Part shown: positions 12,131-25,355 of the stretch, in pieces
Position numbering within the stretch: the stretch's first letter is position 1
Layout: each line of letters begins with the position of its first letter
NCBI GenBank assembly: GCA_028534125.1
Contig: CM052816.1
Coordinates: 19,160,001-19,224,000, forward strand
Direction: 5' to 3'
DNA from: Lama glama
Taxonomy: Eukaryota
Length of the DNA stretch: 64,000 bases
The notes under the pieces: generated by a model
What the model saw: the letters and a program-made list of their open reading frames with translations, nothing else
Databases searched by the model: none
What the model was told of the DNA's origin: nothing
Position numbers and translations under genes: made by a program

Positions 12131-13129
12131 CTAGAAAGTCCTGTTAAAACTTGGAATTCATGGAGCCTATAATGAAATGTGACTGATAGCAAGCAGTGTT
12201 CTATCCCATCCCACAGCGTAACTGCTGATGGAAAGGATGCAACACATATTCAGGCAGCCCCATCGTCACTGCCCACAGTGCAGGGGGCAGAGTCCCTCCC
12301 CCTAGACACCACCACCTGGGTGGCCACTGTGCCAGGGCCTCAGGTCACAGATGAGGAAACTGAGGACTAAGGAGATTTCCCTCTTAGGACTCAGTGGAAG
12401 GGTTCCCATGGAAGCATTATCCGCTCATTAACTAGAGTGGCTAACACTGATCCCCCCGTAATACTTCTCTGAGGCTTTTTTGCAACTCGAATACCCAGCT
12501 GGGGTCCTAATTCATTTCAGCAAATGGCATCCAGAGTATTTCTGTCTCTGTGATCTCAGACTGGATCATCTCTGTCCCTCTGGTTTCCTGTTGGCCAGGC
12601 AACACCTGGGCTCCCAGAGGACCCCTCACCTGCCCTCTCACTGTGCCCCTGGGTGGGCTGATGTCTGTCCCTAATGGACTCCATATCTTATGCCAGCACC
12701 TCCGACGTCTGTCCAGAACCAGCCAGGTCCTTAGCCCAGGTGGCCTGCTAGGTTGTCCTCTTTGCTGCCCACCTCAGTCTGCCCACCCAGCGGCAGCACC
12801 TTCCCTCAAATCACTGGCCAGTTTCTTCCTGTGATTCTATTACTGGACAGGAAATGGTCACTCAGGCTGGCCCTCCCTCAGGGATAGGTCCGTTGCCAGC
12901 CGGAGGAGGGGACTGGGAAATTCCTGACACTATGAAGCACCTTGGGTGCTGAGGACAAAGGGGCAAAAAGGTAGGTTTCCCCATGCAAGTCAGAACAACA
13001 AACACCAGCAGAACACCCACTACACGCCAGTCCCCAGGCAGGCGGGGGTAGGGGGTAGATGAATAACATACATCCCTACCCTCTAGAACCCTGGCTGACC
13101 AAGGCCAAGCACGTCCGGACCAGAAGTAG

Positions 13130-13475
13130 CTGGCAGAGAGCTGTGACTGGTGGGAGGGGGTGACTCCCGACTGGAAGGGCCTTAAGAGCTGCTTTGAGAG
13201 CCAGGCAGGAGGCCTGGCTCAGGTATTCTGGGGGACGGCACAATGTGAGGGAGGGAAGCCCAGGATGGAAAGGACCCAGCTCAGTGGGACTCCTGGGGGA
13301 AGGGTAAGTAGAGCTCAGATCACTCGGCACATGGGAAAAGGACAGCCATTGAGCAGGGCTGAGCTCTAGGAAGACCACTCTGGTGGCCAGAGTAGCAGGG
13401 AGGTCGAGGGGAGGGGGTACAGGGTAGAAAGAGGAGAGCAGTGAGGGGACTACTGCAACAGCCCAGGTGAGACAG
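13130..13475 (-). mobile_element. L2 LINE fragment
   Basis: GGAAGACCACTCTGGTGGCC...GGGACTACTGCAACAGCCCAGGTGAGA is the reverse of the L2 TCTCACCTGGACTACTGCAATAGCC motif. Confidence 0.7.
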
Positions 13476-13479
13476 GGCT

Positions 13480-13670
13480 GCAGGGCCCACACTCTTCACT
13501 ATTTACAAGCTGTGTGACCCTAGGCAGATTACTTAACCTTTCTGAGCTTTAGTCTCCTCCTCAGGGGAATGAGACTAACAGTAGGGCTGTCATGTGGATT
13601 CAACTTGATAATGCATGAAAAGCATTTAGCAAGATGCCTGGTCCACAGTAAATGCTCAATAAATGTTTGC
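13480..13670 (+). mobile_element. MIR SINE
   Basis: AGCTGTGTGACCCTAGGCAGATTACTTAACCTTTCTGAGCTTTAGTCTCCTC...CACAGTAAATGCTCAATAAATG. Confidence 0.85.
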
Positions 13671-14519
13671 TTAGAAAAACAAAAAGGCAAAGGCTGATTC
13701 TAGAGTCCCCATCCCTCCCCCAGTCTCCCCAATCAATAAAAGCAGCCCTTTTATCTAAATCCCTGGGACCAAAGGGAAACCAAACACAGCAGCTGCAGCT
13801 CTGCCCCCCAGGACCCATGCCCCGCCTGCCTGGGCTCCTCCAGTTGGGGCCCACCGCTGCCCTGCCGCTGTGGCCCAGGCAAGAATGCTGGTGCGATGAC
13901 CCGGCCATGAACCTTCCCCCAGCCTCCTAACACGCACAAAAGCATTTCTTCTGCCTCACTAATGCAGGCACCACCCAGCCCAGGGCACCCTGCCCACAGG
14001 GAACCCATGGAACTGAGGTGATCTGTGCAGAATTACACACCTGCCTGGTTCTGCTGTCTGTTACTACCACTCAGGCAGGAGAAAAATGAAAGAAAAATTT
14101 GTTCTTAATATTTATGACTCTGGTGGTATGCTTGAGCACAGGGCTGAGTTCCTGCATAAAGAAGGGGAAATTTAATCCAGTGTAAAACGTGCTCGGTAGA
14201 GTAGGGGGTAACACAAGCTCTCAAAACCCTGAGAACTTGTGCTTGATCTTTTCACAAGAAGATTGTGGGCTCCTCCAGGTAGGCCGAGAGGGGAAGCAGA
14301 TCAGGCCAGACTCACAGGGACTTCAGAGACAAGTTCTGCTGGCTGCCGTTGGATGGTGACATGGCAGTGGCCTGTTCCCTGCCACGGTCCTCAGCCATAC
14401 ACATGCAGTGAGAACAAGCAGGCAATTCACTTTGGACAAATGAAGGCAAGATGGCATTTCAGATATGATGAAAGCAGCACTGTTTTCTTGGCCATCTTTG
14501 GATTATTGTTTATTTTCAA

Positions 14520-14730
14520 TAGTAAAACACTGCAGGTTTGGGGCTAAGATGCCAGGTTTGAATCCTATTCCACAATTTGAAAGCTGCCTGGCTTCCTCAA
14601 GCTGACCCTTAGCCACGGGTGAAAGATGGAGACAATGGGAGCTGCCTGAGATACCTGCCGCGAGGGTAAAACGATGCTCGCGGAGCCCTGAGCCCCGTGC
14701 CTGGCACATCTCTGCCGCTCCATCAACATG
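14520..14730 (+). mobile_element. MIR SINE (degenerate)
   Basis: CCAGGTTTGAATCCTATTCCAC...GCCTGGCACAT. Confidence 0.55.
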
Positions 14731-15309
14731 TGCCCTTGCCTTCAACAGCAGTGTCCACTTCAGAGTATAACACATCTGCCACCACCCGTCAAGTGGGCCA
14801 GTGGATCCATTGTCTAGATAAAGCAAAATAATTTTTTAAAATGAATGTCATAGATAACTGGAATAACAAGGATTTCTCCCCATGGAAATTATCTAAATGG
14901 TCTCAAGTTTCTAGTGTGTGTAACAGACATGGACTGATAAACAAGGGACTTAGTGGCCTTGGATGAAAAGCCAGCCCCTGGTCATATTTCCAAAGTTGGA
15001 AGGACAACCTTGCGTTTACGGAGAGCATGATGAGTACTTAGATCTAAAAATGCAATTCCCTGTCCCACAACAATGGCTCAGTACAGGGAACCAAGTTAAA
15101 AAGAATCCCTAGGAAAGTAAAACAAATCATGTTAAAATGGTAATAATGAAAAGTCCTAATGAGTGTGAATTTACCCTTCAACTGCATCTTTAGAAGAAGT
15201 TTTTTTTCTTCTGTTTATAACCCAGAATGCCTAAAATCAGACTGTGGGATCTTAGAATACCTAAACTAGGCACTATTTATATAAATATATGTGTGTGTGT
15301 GTACACGCA

Positions 15310-16596
15310 TGCATATAACCACTGCATTCAAGATGTTCAGTAATTCCATCACCCCCAAGAGTTCCCTCTTGTCCTTTTCACAGTCCATTCCCCTCACCTC
15401 CAGCCAAAGATGAACGTGACCTCAATCATTATAGTTTCACTTATTCTAAAACTTCACGTAAATGGAATCATGAAAGAGGTGCCTTTCTTTCACACAGCAT
15501 AATGTTTTTGAGATTCATCCATAATGTCGTGTATTTTAGTAGCTTTGTGATCTTTATTGTTAGGTAGTATTTCACTGTATGAATTTATCACAGTTTGTTT
15601 ATCCATTCACTTACTGATGAGCATTTGGATTGTTTCTACTTTTGGGCATTTACGAGTGAACCTGCTATTAATACTCATATAAAAGTCTTGGTGGACATAT
15701 GTTTCCATTTCTCTTGAATAAATATCTAGGAATCGAATACTGCTAAGTGTGTATTTAACTTTAAAACAAACTACCAACTTGTTCCCAGAGAGACTGTACA
15801 ATGTTACACCTCAACCAACAGTATGAGAGTTACAGTAACTCCACATCCTCACTAGCACTGGAAAATGTCAGCTTTTTTGGTATTTGACGTACTTTCTTTT
15901 TTTGCAGATTTACTGAGGCATGAATTGCAGTCAGTAACACTCACCAATGTTAAGGATACAGTTTGATTAACTTTGGTAATCATATATAGTCACATAACCA
16001 CAGCCACAATCAAGATACAGAGCATCTTTATCACCAGAAGTTTCCCTTGAGCCCCTATGCAGTTGGTCCCCTCCCCTAACCTTGATCCTCAGCCACTAAT
16101 CTTCGTTTTGTAACTATAGTTTTGCCTTTCCCAGAATTGCATGTAAATGAAATCATACAGTATGTCGTGTTTTCATTGGACTTCATGCTTTTTGAGATTC
16201 ATCCATTTTTGTTATGTGTATGAATATTTTACTCCTATTGATTACCACACAGTATTCCATAGTATGCATATACTACAATTTGTTTGTTCATTCACCAGTT
16301 AATGGCCATTGGATTTTTTTCACTTTGGGGCTATTATGAAAAATGTTTCTAAGAATGTTCGTGTACAACCCTTCTATTTTGGGGGTAGGTGTCTTATTTT
16401 TCATTTTTCTTGGATAAATAACAAAGAGTTTCATTGTTGGGATATATGGTAAGCATATGTTAAACCTGAAAAACACAGCCAATCTCTTTTCCAAAGTAGC
16501 TGTATAATTTGGCATCCCCATACAGAGCAATGTATGGGCATTCTAGTTTCCCCAAATCTTCGCCAACATTTGGCATTGTCACTTATTTAAACTGTA
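15310..16596 (-). mobile_element. Old L1M 3' ends (two consecutive 3' segments); left part of the host of the L1 at 16597
   Basis: Reversed L1MB/ME 3' motifs (TTCCATCACCCCCAAGAGTTCCCTC, GAGATTCATCCAT, CCAACATTTGGCATTGTC). Confidence 0.8.
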
Positions 16597-19500
16597 AGGG
16601 GAGTGACCAAGATGATGGAGCAGGAAGACCTTGATCTCACCTTCTCCTACGGCACACCAAAATTACAACTATTTACAGAGTGACTATCAATTAAACCTGA
16701 AGGCTAGCAGAAAAGATTTTCCAAAACTAAAGACATAAAGAAGGAATCACACTAGATGGGTAGAAGAGATGAAGATGTGGTATGGTCAAGACCCACATCC
16801 CTGGGTAGGTGACCCACAAACAGGAGCACAATCACAATCACAGAATTTCTCCCCAAGGAGTGAGAGGTCTGAGCCCCACAGCAGCCCAGGGGTCCTACAC
16901 CAGGAAGATGGGGCTGCTGAACATCTGGCTTTGAAGGCCAGTGGAGCATGCTTACAAGAGAGCCAAAGGGCTTTAAGAAACAGAGACTCTGCTCTTAAAG
17001 GGTACACACAAAGCCCCATACAGTCCAAAACCCAGAGCAGAAGTAGTACTTTGAAAGAAACCTGCGTCAGACCCATCTGCTTATCTTGGAGAGCCTCCTG
17101 AAGAGGCAGAAGGCAGCTGTGATTCTTCCCTGGGACACAGATGCTGGCAGTAGTCATTTTGGAGAGCTTGTTCCACCACCAGGATGTTGGTGCTTGCAAG
17201 AGCCATTTTGGAGTCCTTCCTCTATCCTAGTGCCAGCCAGGTGGCACTAGTTCTCCTGAGCACCAGCCACACAGGGATCCAGTCCCATGCACCAGCAGGC
17301 CAGCACCAGCCCTGAGCACCCCTAGGCCCACCACTCATCTCACCTCAGGGGTCAGCCCCACCTACCAGTATGCCCAGAGTAGCTGGTTTGCCACAACAGA
17401 AGGGCCCACATAGCCCTCATAGGGGGCATTTCTGGAGTATATAGCTCTGGTGACCAGAGGAGAATGTGCTGCTGGGCCCCACCGGAAATTTCCTACATAA
17501 GGCCACTTCACCAAAAAACATAACCAATCTTCCTAATACATAGAAATAAAAACAGAGAATTAAGCAAAAGGAATTGACAGGGGAATATGCTCCAAATGAA
17601 AGAACAAGATAAAACCCTAGAAGAATTAAGTGAAGTGGAGATAAGTGATCTACCTGACAAAGAGCTGTTGGTCATAAAGATGCTCAACACACTTGGGAGA
17701 AGAATGGATGAACACAGTGAGAAGTTTAACAAAGTGTTAGAAAATATAAAAAAGAACCAAAAAGAGCTGAAAATACAATAACTGAAATAAAATATACACT
17801 AGAAAGACTCTACAGTTGTTTAGATGATACAGAGGAACATATCAGTGAACTGGAAGACAGAGTAGTAGAAATCACTTCAGCTGAGTAGAAAAGAGAAATG
17901 AATTTTTTAAAATGAGAATAGTTTAAGAGACCACTGGGACAATATCAAGCTTACTAACATTCACTTTATAGGGGTCTGAGAAGAAGAAAGAGAGAAAGGG
18001 ACAAAGAACTTATTCAAAGAAATATTAGCTAAAAAATTCTCTAACCTGGGAAAGGAAATGAGCCTCCAGGTCCAGGAAGCACAGAGAGTCTTAAACAAGA
18101 TTAACCCAAAGATATCCACACCAAGACATACTGTAACTAAAATGGCAAAAATGAAAGGTAAAGAGAGAATCTTAAAAGCAGCTGGAAAAAGCAACTAGTT
18201 ATGTGGAAGGGAACTCCCACAATACTATCAGCAGACTTTTCAAAAGAAACTTTACAGGCCAGAAAAGTGTGGGGCATGATATATTTAAAGTGATGAAAGG
18301 AAAAAACATCTACAACCAAGAATACCCTAATCAGCAAGGCAATCATTCAAACTTAAAGGAGAGAGAAAGAACTTTACAGACAAGCAAAAGTTCAAAGAGT
18401 TTAGTACCAGTAAACCAGCTTTACAAGAAATGTTAAAACTTGTATGCAAAAACAAAAAAAATTTTTTGAATAGCCAAAACAGGGCTGAGAAAGAACAAAG
18501 CTGGAGGTATCATGTTGCCTGGTTTCATACTATATTACAAAGTGACAGTAATCAAAACAGTATGGTACAGGTACAAAAATAGACACACAGATCAATGGAA
18601 CAGAATAGACAGCCCAGAAATGAACCCCTACTAATGTGGTCAATTAATCGATGACAAAGGAGGCAAGAATATACAATGGGGAAACAACTGCCTCTTCAAT
18701 AAATGATGTTGGGAAAACTGGACAGCTGTATGCAAAAGAATCAAACTGGGCTACTTTATCATACCAGACACAAAAATAAACTCAAAATTAATTAAAGACT
18801 TAAACATAAGACTGAAACCATTGAACTCCAAGAAGAAAATATACGCAGTACATGCTTTGACATGAGTCTTTCAATATTTCTTTTTTTGTATCTGCTTCCT
18901 CAGGCAAGAGGAAAAAAAGCAAAAATATACAAATTATATCAAAGTGAAAAGCTTTTTCACAGCAAAGGAAACTGTCAACAAAATGAAAAGGCTGCTTATG
19001 AAGGAGAGAAGATGTTTGCTAATGATATATCTGATAAGGGGTTAATATCAAAAATATATGAAGAACTCACATATCTCAACATCAAAAAAACCAAACAACC
19101 CAATTAAAAATTGGGCAGAGGCCCTGAATGGACATTTTTCCAGAGATGGCATAACAATAGACAACTGAAAAGATGCTCAACATCACTACTCATCAGGGAA
19201 ATGCAAATCAGAAGTACAATGAGATTATCACCTCACACCTGTCAGAATGGCTATTATCAAAAAGACAAGAAATAACAAATGTAGGCAAGGCTGTGGGGAA
19301 AGGATATTTGTGTGCTGTTGGTGGGAATGTTGGTGGAAAATTGCTGCAGCTACTATGGAAAACAGTATGGAGATTCCTCAAGAAACTAAAAATAGAACTA
19401 CCATATGATCCAGCAATTCTACTTCTGTGCATTTTTCCAAAGAAAACAAAAACACTAATTTGAAAAGATACAAGCACCCCTATGTTCATGGCAGCATTAT

Positions 19501-20040
19501 TTACAATACCCAAGATATGATATCAACTAAACTGTCCACTGATAGATCAATCGACAAAGATGTCACACACATACACACAGTGGAATTTCAGCCATAAAAA
19601 AGAGTGAATCCTTGCCATTTGTAACAACATGGATGGACCTAGAGGGTATTATGCTAAGTGAAATAAGTCAAACAGAACGACAAATACTGTATGATTTCAC
19701 TTACCTGTGAAATCTAAAAAACAAAATGAATGAATAAATAAAACAATACAGAGAACAAACAGGTTGTTGCCAGCGGGGGGGCGGTGGGGCGGTAGAGGAA
19801 TGAGTTAAAGAGGTAATGAAGATTAAGAGGTACAAACTCCCAGCTACAAAATAAATTAGTCATGGGGATGAAATGTATAGCATGGGGAATATAGTCAATA
19901 ATATTGAAATACCTTTGTATGGTGACAGATGGTAACTGGACTTATTGTGGTGATCATTTTGTAATGTATAGAAATACCCAATCACTATGATGTGCACCTG
20001 GAACTAACATAGTGTTGTAGGTCAATTATACTTGAAATTT
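16597..20040 (+). mobile_element. LINE-1 with 5'UTR, decayed ORF1, large internal ORF2 deletion and 3'UTR
   Basis: Starts GGGGAGTGACCAAGATGATGGAG; ORF1 remnant MLQMKEQDKTLEELSEVEISDLPDKE... (17587-17781); ORF1 end LQEMLK is joined at ~18437 to ORF2 C-terminal text ([27 protein letters not shown]); 3'UTR ends GTCAATTATACTTGAAA. Confidence 0.9.
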
Positions 20041-20602
20041 TAATAAGACATGTAATCACAATATTTTAATATGTTTTGCAGTGAACATATTTACACTGTT
20101 ATAATAATGCAAACATTAATGATTGACATAATTAAAAGCATGATAAAATTTGGACAAGAGGAAGGAGAGGTGGAAGTATTAAACTTTATCTTTTATAACA
20201 TTTATAAATTTAAAATTGCTTTCCTTATTAAAATTTTATCTGTATGAGATGATAGATGTTAACTAAACCTATTGTGGTAATCATTTCACAGTATATATAA
20301 TCAAACTGTCATGCTGAACACCGTAAACTTATACAATGATGTATGTCAATTATTTCCCAATAAAACTGGAACAATATTAATCTAAAATGTAATTATTTAA
20401 TAGCCTGCTTCTGAGCCTAAAGTAATAAAGAAGAAATATATAATAATAATGCAAAGACTGTACAAATTTTCTGAGAACCTTATCACTGAGGATACAATAG
20501 AGATGGCTGTCCTTTTTGATAGCTTAGTATTTTCTGGAAGGAGCAGTAATCATTTTGGGGATTAAATTGCAAATTAAAATGAAAAAAATTGTTTAAATTG
20601 TA

Positions 20603-22505
20603 GTCATTCTAGTGGCTGAGTTATTTCACTGAATTTTCCTGCTAAATAAATATGTTGACTGTATAGTCATCCATTCATACATGTTGTGTGAAGTGTCCAT
20701 TCAAAATAAATTGCTGATTTTAACACTAGATTTTCTCTTACTGAGTCGTAGAGTTCTTCCCATACTTTGGCTAAAAGTCCATGATCAGATATATGAATGT
20801 GAATATTTTCTCCTACTCTGTTTGCCCTTCCCTTTTATTAAATGTGTCTTTTGATGAGTAGGTTTTAATCTTTACTGAATCCAATTTATAAATTTTTATG
20901 ATTAGTGATTGTGCCCAAATAAATTTTAGCCTATCTTAATGTGGAGTCGCTTTTCTCCTATCTATTCTTCTAGAAGGTTTTAACTTTCAGACTTTATATT
21001 TAAGTTCACGATCCATTTGAATTAATTTTTGAGCATGGTGAAGGTATAGTGGGTCAAGGTGCCTCTTGTTTTCCATATGGCTGTCCAGTTGTTCCAACAC
21101 CAACATTTGAGAAGAATATCCACTCCCCACTGAATTACCTTGGAACCTTGGTTGAAAATTAATTGACCATACATGTGGGTCTGTTCTGGACTTGCTGTTC
21201 TGTTCTTTTAATGTATATGCCTGTCCTTAAATCTATACCACGCTAGAAATCGCTGTACTTTTTTTATTAAGTTTTGAAATCAAGTAGTTTAAATTTTCCA
21301 CTTTGTTCCCCCTTTTCAAGATTGCATTAGACATTCTAGGACCTCTTAGTTCTATATAAATTTTAGAATCAACCTGTTAATTTCTAACAAAAAAATTCTG
21401 CTGTAACAGTTTTGGATTGCATTACTTGAGAAGAACTGACATCTTAACTATATTGAATATTACGATTTGAGAATATGACATAGCTCTCAATTTATTGAAA
21501 TCTTTACATTTTCTCCATGATGTTTCATAGTTTTCAGTGTAGAGGTCTTATATGTATCCTGTTAAATTTTCTGTATGTATTTTATGGGTTTTTCATGCTA
21601 TTATAAATGCAACAGGAACATGCTATTGTTCCTGTTGTATTAAAAAAAACTGATTTTTGTAAACTGATCTGGTACCTCTGAATTTGCTACTTCACTTACT
21701 GGTTTTAGTTCTTTTTCCTAGATTCCTTAGGATTTTTCTACATACATGATCATTTTATGCACCAATGAAGACAATTGTAACTCCTCCATCCCTGTCTGTA
21801 TATCTCACTTCCTTTACTTGACTTACTGCACTGGCTAGGATCTCCAGTTCAATGTTGAAGAGATGAGCATGGACAACATTATCTGGTTCTTAGTATCAGA
21901 AGGAAAGTGTTTCATATTTCTCCATTGTGAGATAAGCTGTAGGTTTTCTGTAGATGTCCTTTATCAGGTTGAAGAAGTATCTTTTCTTTCTAATTTGCGA
22001 AGTTTTTATGATGATGGCTGTTGAATTTTGCCAAACGACTTTTCTGTTTTTGAGATAACCATATGGTTTTCTTCCTTTATTGTGTGAAGGTGAACTACAT
22101 TGATTGATTTTCAAATATTAACTCAATTTTGTGTTCCTAGAATAAATACTGCTTAAGCATGATGAATTGTCCTTTTTCACATTGCTGGATTTTATTTGAC
22201 AAAGTTATATGAAGGATTTTTGTGTCCTTAATCCATTTTGTGTTCTTATGTTCATGAAGGATAGTCATCGACAGTTTTCTTATGTCTTTGTTAGGTTTGT
22301 TACCAGGCTGGTGCTGTCCTCATTAAAGTTGAGAAGTATTCCTTCCTGCTCTATCTTCTGAATGATTTTGTGCAAGATTCCTATTATTTATTCCTTCAGT
22401 GTCTGATAGAATTTACCAGTGAAATCATCTGTGCCTGGAGTTCCTTTGTGCATGGAGGGTTTTGAAAATAAACTCAATTACTTTGACAGATATAGGGCTG
22501 TTCAG
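20603..22505 (-). mobile_element. Old L1M ORF2 region (right part of the host of the 16597 insertion)
   Basis: Reversed L1 ORF2 text (GTCCAGTTGTTCCAACACC, TTTATCAGGTTGAAGAAG, TTTACCAGTGAAATCATCTG) continuing the sequence broken at 16596. Confidence 0.85.
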
Positions 22506-22790
22506 GTTTGGCAATGAGGTTTTACATCAAAACCCAAATCACAATCCATGAATGGAATATTTGGTAATTGGAACTTTTCAAAAATTTAAAACTTCTGCTC
22601 TACAAAAGATACAGTTAAGAAAATAAAAAGAAAAGCCACAGACTAGGAGAACTCGTAAAACTCAACAATAAGAAAAAAGCCTAATTTTGAAAATGAGTAA
22701 AAGATCTGAACAGACACCTCCCCTAAGAAGATACACAGATGGAAAGTGAGCATATGAAAAATGCTCAACATTGTAAGTCATTAGAAAGAC
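22506..22790 (+). mobile_element. L1M ORF2 3' fragment
   Basis: AAAACTTCTGCTCTACAAAAGATACAGTTAAGAAAATAAAAAGAAAAGCCACAGACTAGGAGA (KNFCS..KATD motif). Confidence 0.75.
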
Positions 22791-23228
22791 AGTTTACCAC
22801 ACATTTCAGTACCCTCACATTTCAGTACACTCATATGTATAATTTTATGTGGAAATATACAAAACTTTCATAAACCTATGCTCTTACTAATATTATGCAC
22901 TATGAAGTATTATTTTCACGATACTACTTAAGAAGGCAGAAAAGCATGTGACGGACGTCACTTGGCCTAGAAGACATTTGGTTTTAGAGTCTGTTGTGTA
23001 AGAAAGTAAACCTGTGTTATCTCGATAATTCATTTCAGTGGAACATCTCATCCCTAAAATGAAATTATTGTTATTTATAATGATCATGATGACTATTGTG
23101 ATAACATTAATGAAAAGAAATGTATAATAATATGCAGGCTACTAGTCATATATATACAGTTAGTTCAAAGTCTCTAAAATCTACAAAGTAAATATTATGA
23201 CCTCCATTTCACAGGTGAGGAAACCGAG

Positions 23229-23607
23229 TGCCTCAGTCTGCTGCTGTGACAAAACACCACACAGTGGGTAGTTTTAACAATCAGTTTAATTTCTCATAGT
23301 TATGGAGGCTGGAAAGCCCAAGATCAGGGCGCCAGCACAACCAGGGTCTGGTGAGAGCTTTCTTTCTGGCTTGCAGGAGGCGTCCTTGTCACTGTGTCCT
23401 CACCTGGGTGGGGGCCTGGCAGGGAGCACACAGGCAAGCTCTCTGGGGTCTCTTTTTATAAGGGCACTGATCCCATCCTGAGGGCCCCACCTGCATGATC
23501 TCATCTAAACCCCCTTATCTACCCAAGGTCCCATCTTCAAATACAATCACGTTGGTGGCTGGGACTTCAACATATGAATTTGGGGGGATACAACTCAGTC
23601 CAGAGCA
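23229..23607 (-). mobile_element. MLT1A-like solo LTR inserted in a MIR (MIR ~23160-23700, minus)
   Basis: GGAGGCTGGAAAGCCCAAGATCAGGG...GTCTCTTTTTATAAGGGCACTGATCCCAT...ATATGAATTTGGGGGGATACAACTCAG; splits the MIR GAGGAAAC/TGAGG motif with decayed TSD CCGAG/CTAAG. Confidence 0.85.
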
Positions 23608-24689
23608 CTAAGGTTCAGAGTAGTTAGCCTACTGATCTGTCAAGTGGTAGAGGCCAGGCTGAACTCTCATCTTCCTGACTTGAAAGCTCGTGTTCTCAGT
23701 AGACATTCTCTCCCATTAATACAGCTGGGATCTGAGTCAGCCCCCCAATTTTAGCTCCTGCTTTTACTACCACAGCACTTGCACTGAGGAAATCCAAAGA
23801 CAAGCGATCAAAACCTTGAAATACCAAAGCAGCAGTTTTAAGAAAGAGCCTAGAGTCTGTATCTACACATCACATCCAAGTGTTGTCATGGAAAAGCCCA
23901 GGAGGGGAAAAGACGGCAGAGATCGTGGCACGAGGAGATGGGAATGAAGACAGACTGGGGCAAAAAGAGACAAAGCAGTCTGCAGCCCTCCTTTCCTGTG
24001 GGTCAGGGGCCACCTTGGCCTGGGCTGCCTCTGGTGCCTGGACCCTCGACCAGGCTTTTGGATGCCCAGTGAAGAGTGGCCTCTCATGAAGGTGTGGAGT
24101 TTTTTGATGTGACATCCAAGAAGAAATCAGCCAAGTCTTAACACCTGCCTATCCTCAAGAAATATAGGTTTTAAAGATTTAATCACACCACACACCTCTA
24201 CTCCAACCCAGAGTATCCTCCGTTCTAAAACCTCATATTCAGGCAATGAGGGTGGAGTCAAGGACATCCATCCTTCACATCATTAGGTAATAAAACAAAC
24301 ATTGTGAGCTGAAGTTTTAATACATTTTAAGTGTGTTTCTTTAGACCATGTTAAAATGTCCCAGTGTCAAAACAGCCAAGTCAACATGCCATGCTTCTGA
24401 ATGGCACCACTGATTCAGCCATGTTGAAACGCCTAGCATCACACTTTCCTGGGTGTTAACCAGCTAGTGTGACGGACACACAAATCCACAGCCTGTGTTC
24501 CTGGATCGGAAGCGAGGTCACCACCTAGGAAATGTATGCATCAGGGAGGCCTTGCTGTGAACCTGCCTGTGCCAGAGACAGTGGGAGGTGGGGTGGGAAG
24601 GAGGCAGGAGGGCTTGGCAGGTCCCCACAGGACCCCGACTCTGCCTGTCCTCCAGGCAGACAGGGGACAGCAGAGAGAATACAGGACTG

Positions 24690-24850
24690 GGCCTTGGGCC
24701 TAGACCTATCCCAGCCACTGATTCCTCAAGCCTCAGTCTTCCTTGCAATGAAATTAAGACAGTAATCTTGGTCCTGCTCATTTATTAAATGAGACAATGC
24801 ACATAAAGTGCTTAGTTCATAGCAAGTGCTCCATAACCGTTAGCTGTTAG
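24690..24850 (+). mobile_element. MIR SINE
   Basis: GCCTCAGTCTTCCTTGCAATGAAATT...TTAAATGAGACAATGCACATAAAGTGCTTAG. Confidence 0.7.
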
Positions 24851-25355
24851 TCTCACCACACCCTTACCGTCATCTTCTCCCTCCTCTCCTCTTCCTCCTT
24901 CTCTCCTTTCTCTCTTCTCCTCCTTCCAGGGATATTGTGAGCATTAAAGTAGATCATGGATAGGGAAGTGTACACATAGCAAACAAACTATTTGAACTCA
25001 CTGTAACTTAACCATCTGTATAAATCAGTGACGTAGGTTATCTGTTCTTCAGCTGTAGCAGCCACAAGAGTAAAACCATGATGACTTTTTGGTCTTAAGA
25101 TTTTTTTTTAAAAAGCTCATTGTCCCCAAGGATCTGATTTTATTCCAGGCCCACATTTCTGAGCAAAGCCTCGCCTCTTACATATAACTGCTCTACCTGG
25201 AATAGTTACAACTGGGCAATGCTGCCAGTGGGGATCTGTCCAGTACTGGAGCACTGCCATTTCCAGACATAAACAGGAGGTATGCATACAACTGGGGTCG
25301 GAAGAGATGGGAAGCCAAGACTTATTCTAATTCCAACTGACTGGAGCTCATTTTA

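Noticed and set aside
22440..22600. Twin-priming inversion at the minus/plus L1 junction near 22505
   Set aside because: The plus fragment covers an ORF2 region already present in the minus element (~20700-20940) and I found no bracketing TSD, so these are probably separate elements.
22800..22828. Direct repeat CACATTTCAGTAC x2 (similar slippage at ~30545-30580)
   Set aside because: Ordinary short slippage duplications in or next to decayed L1, with no sign of function.
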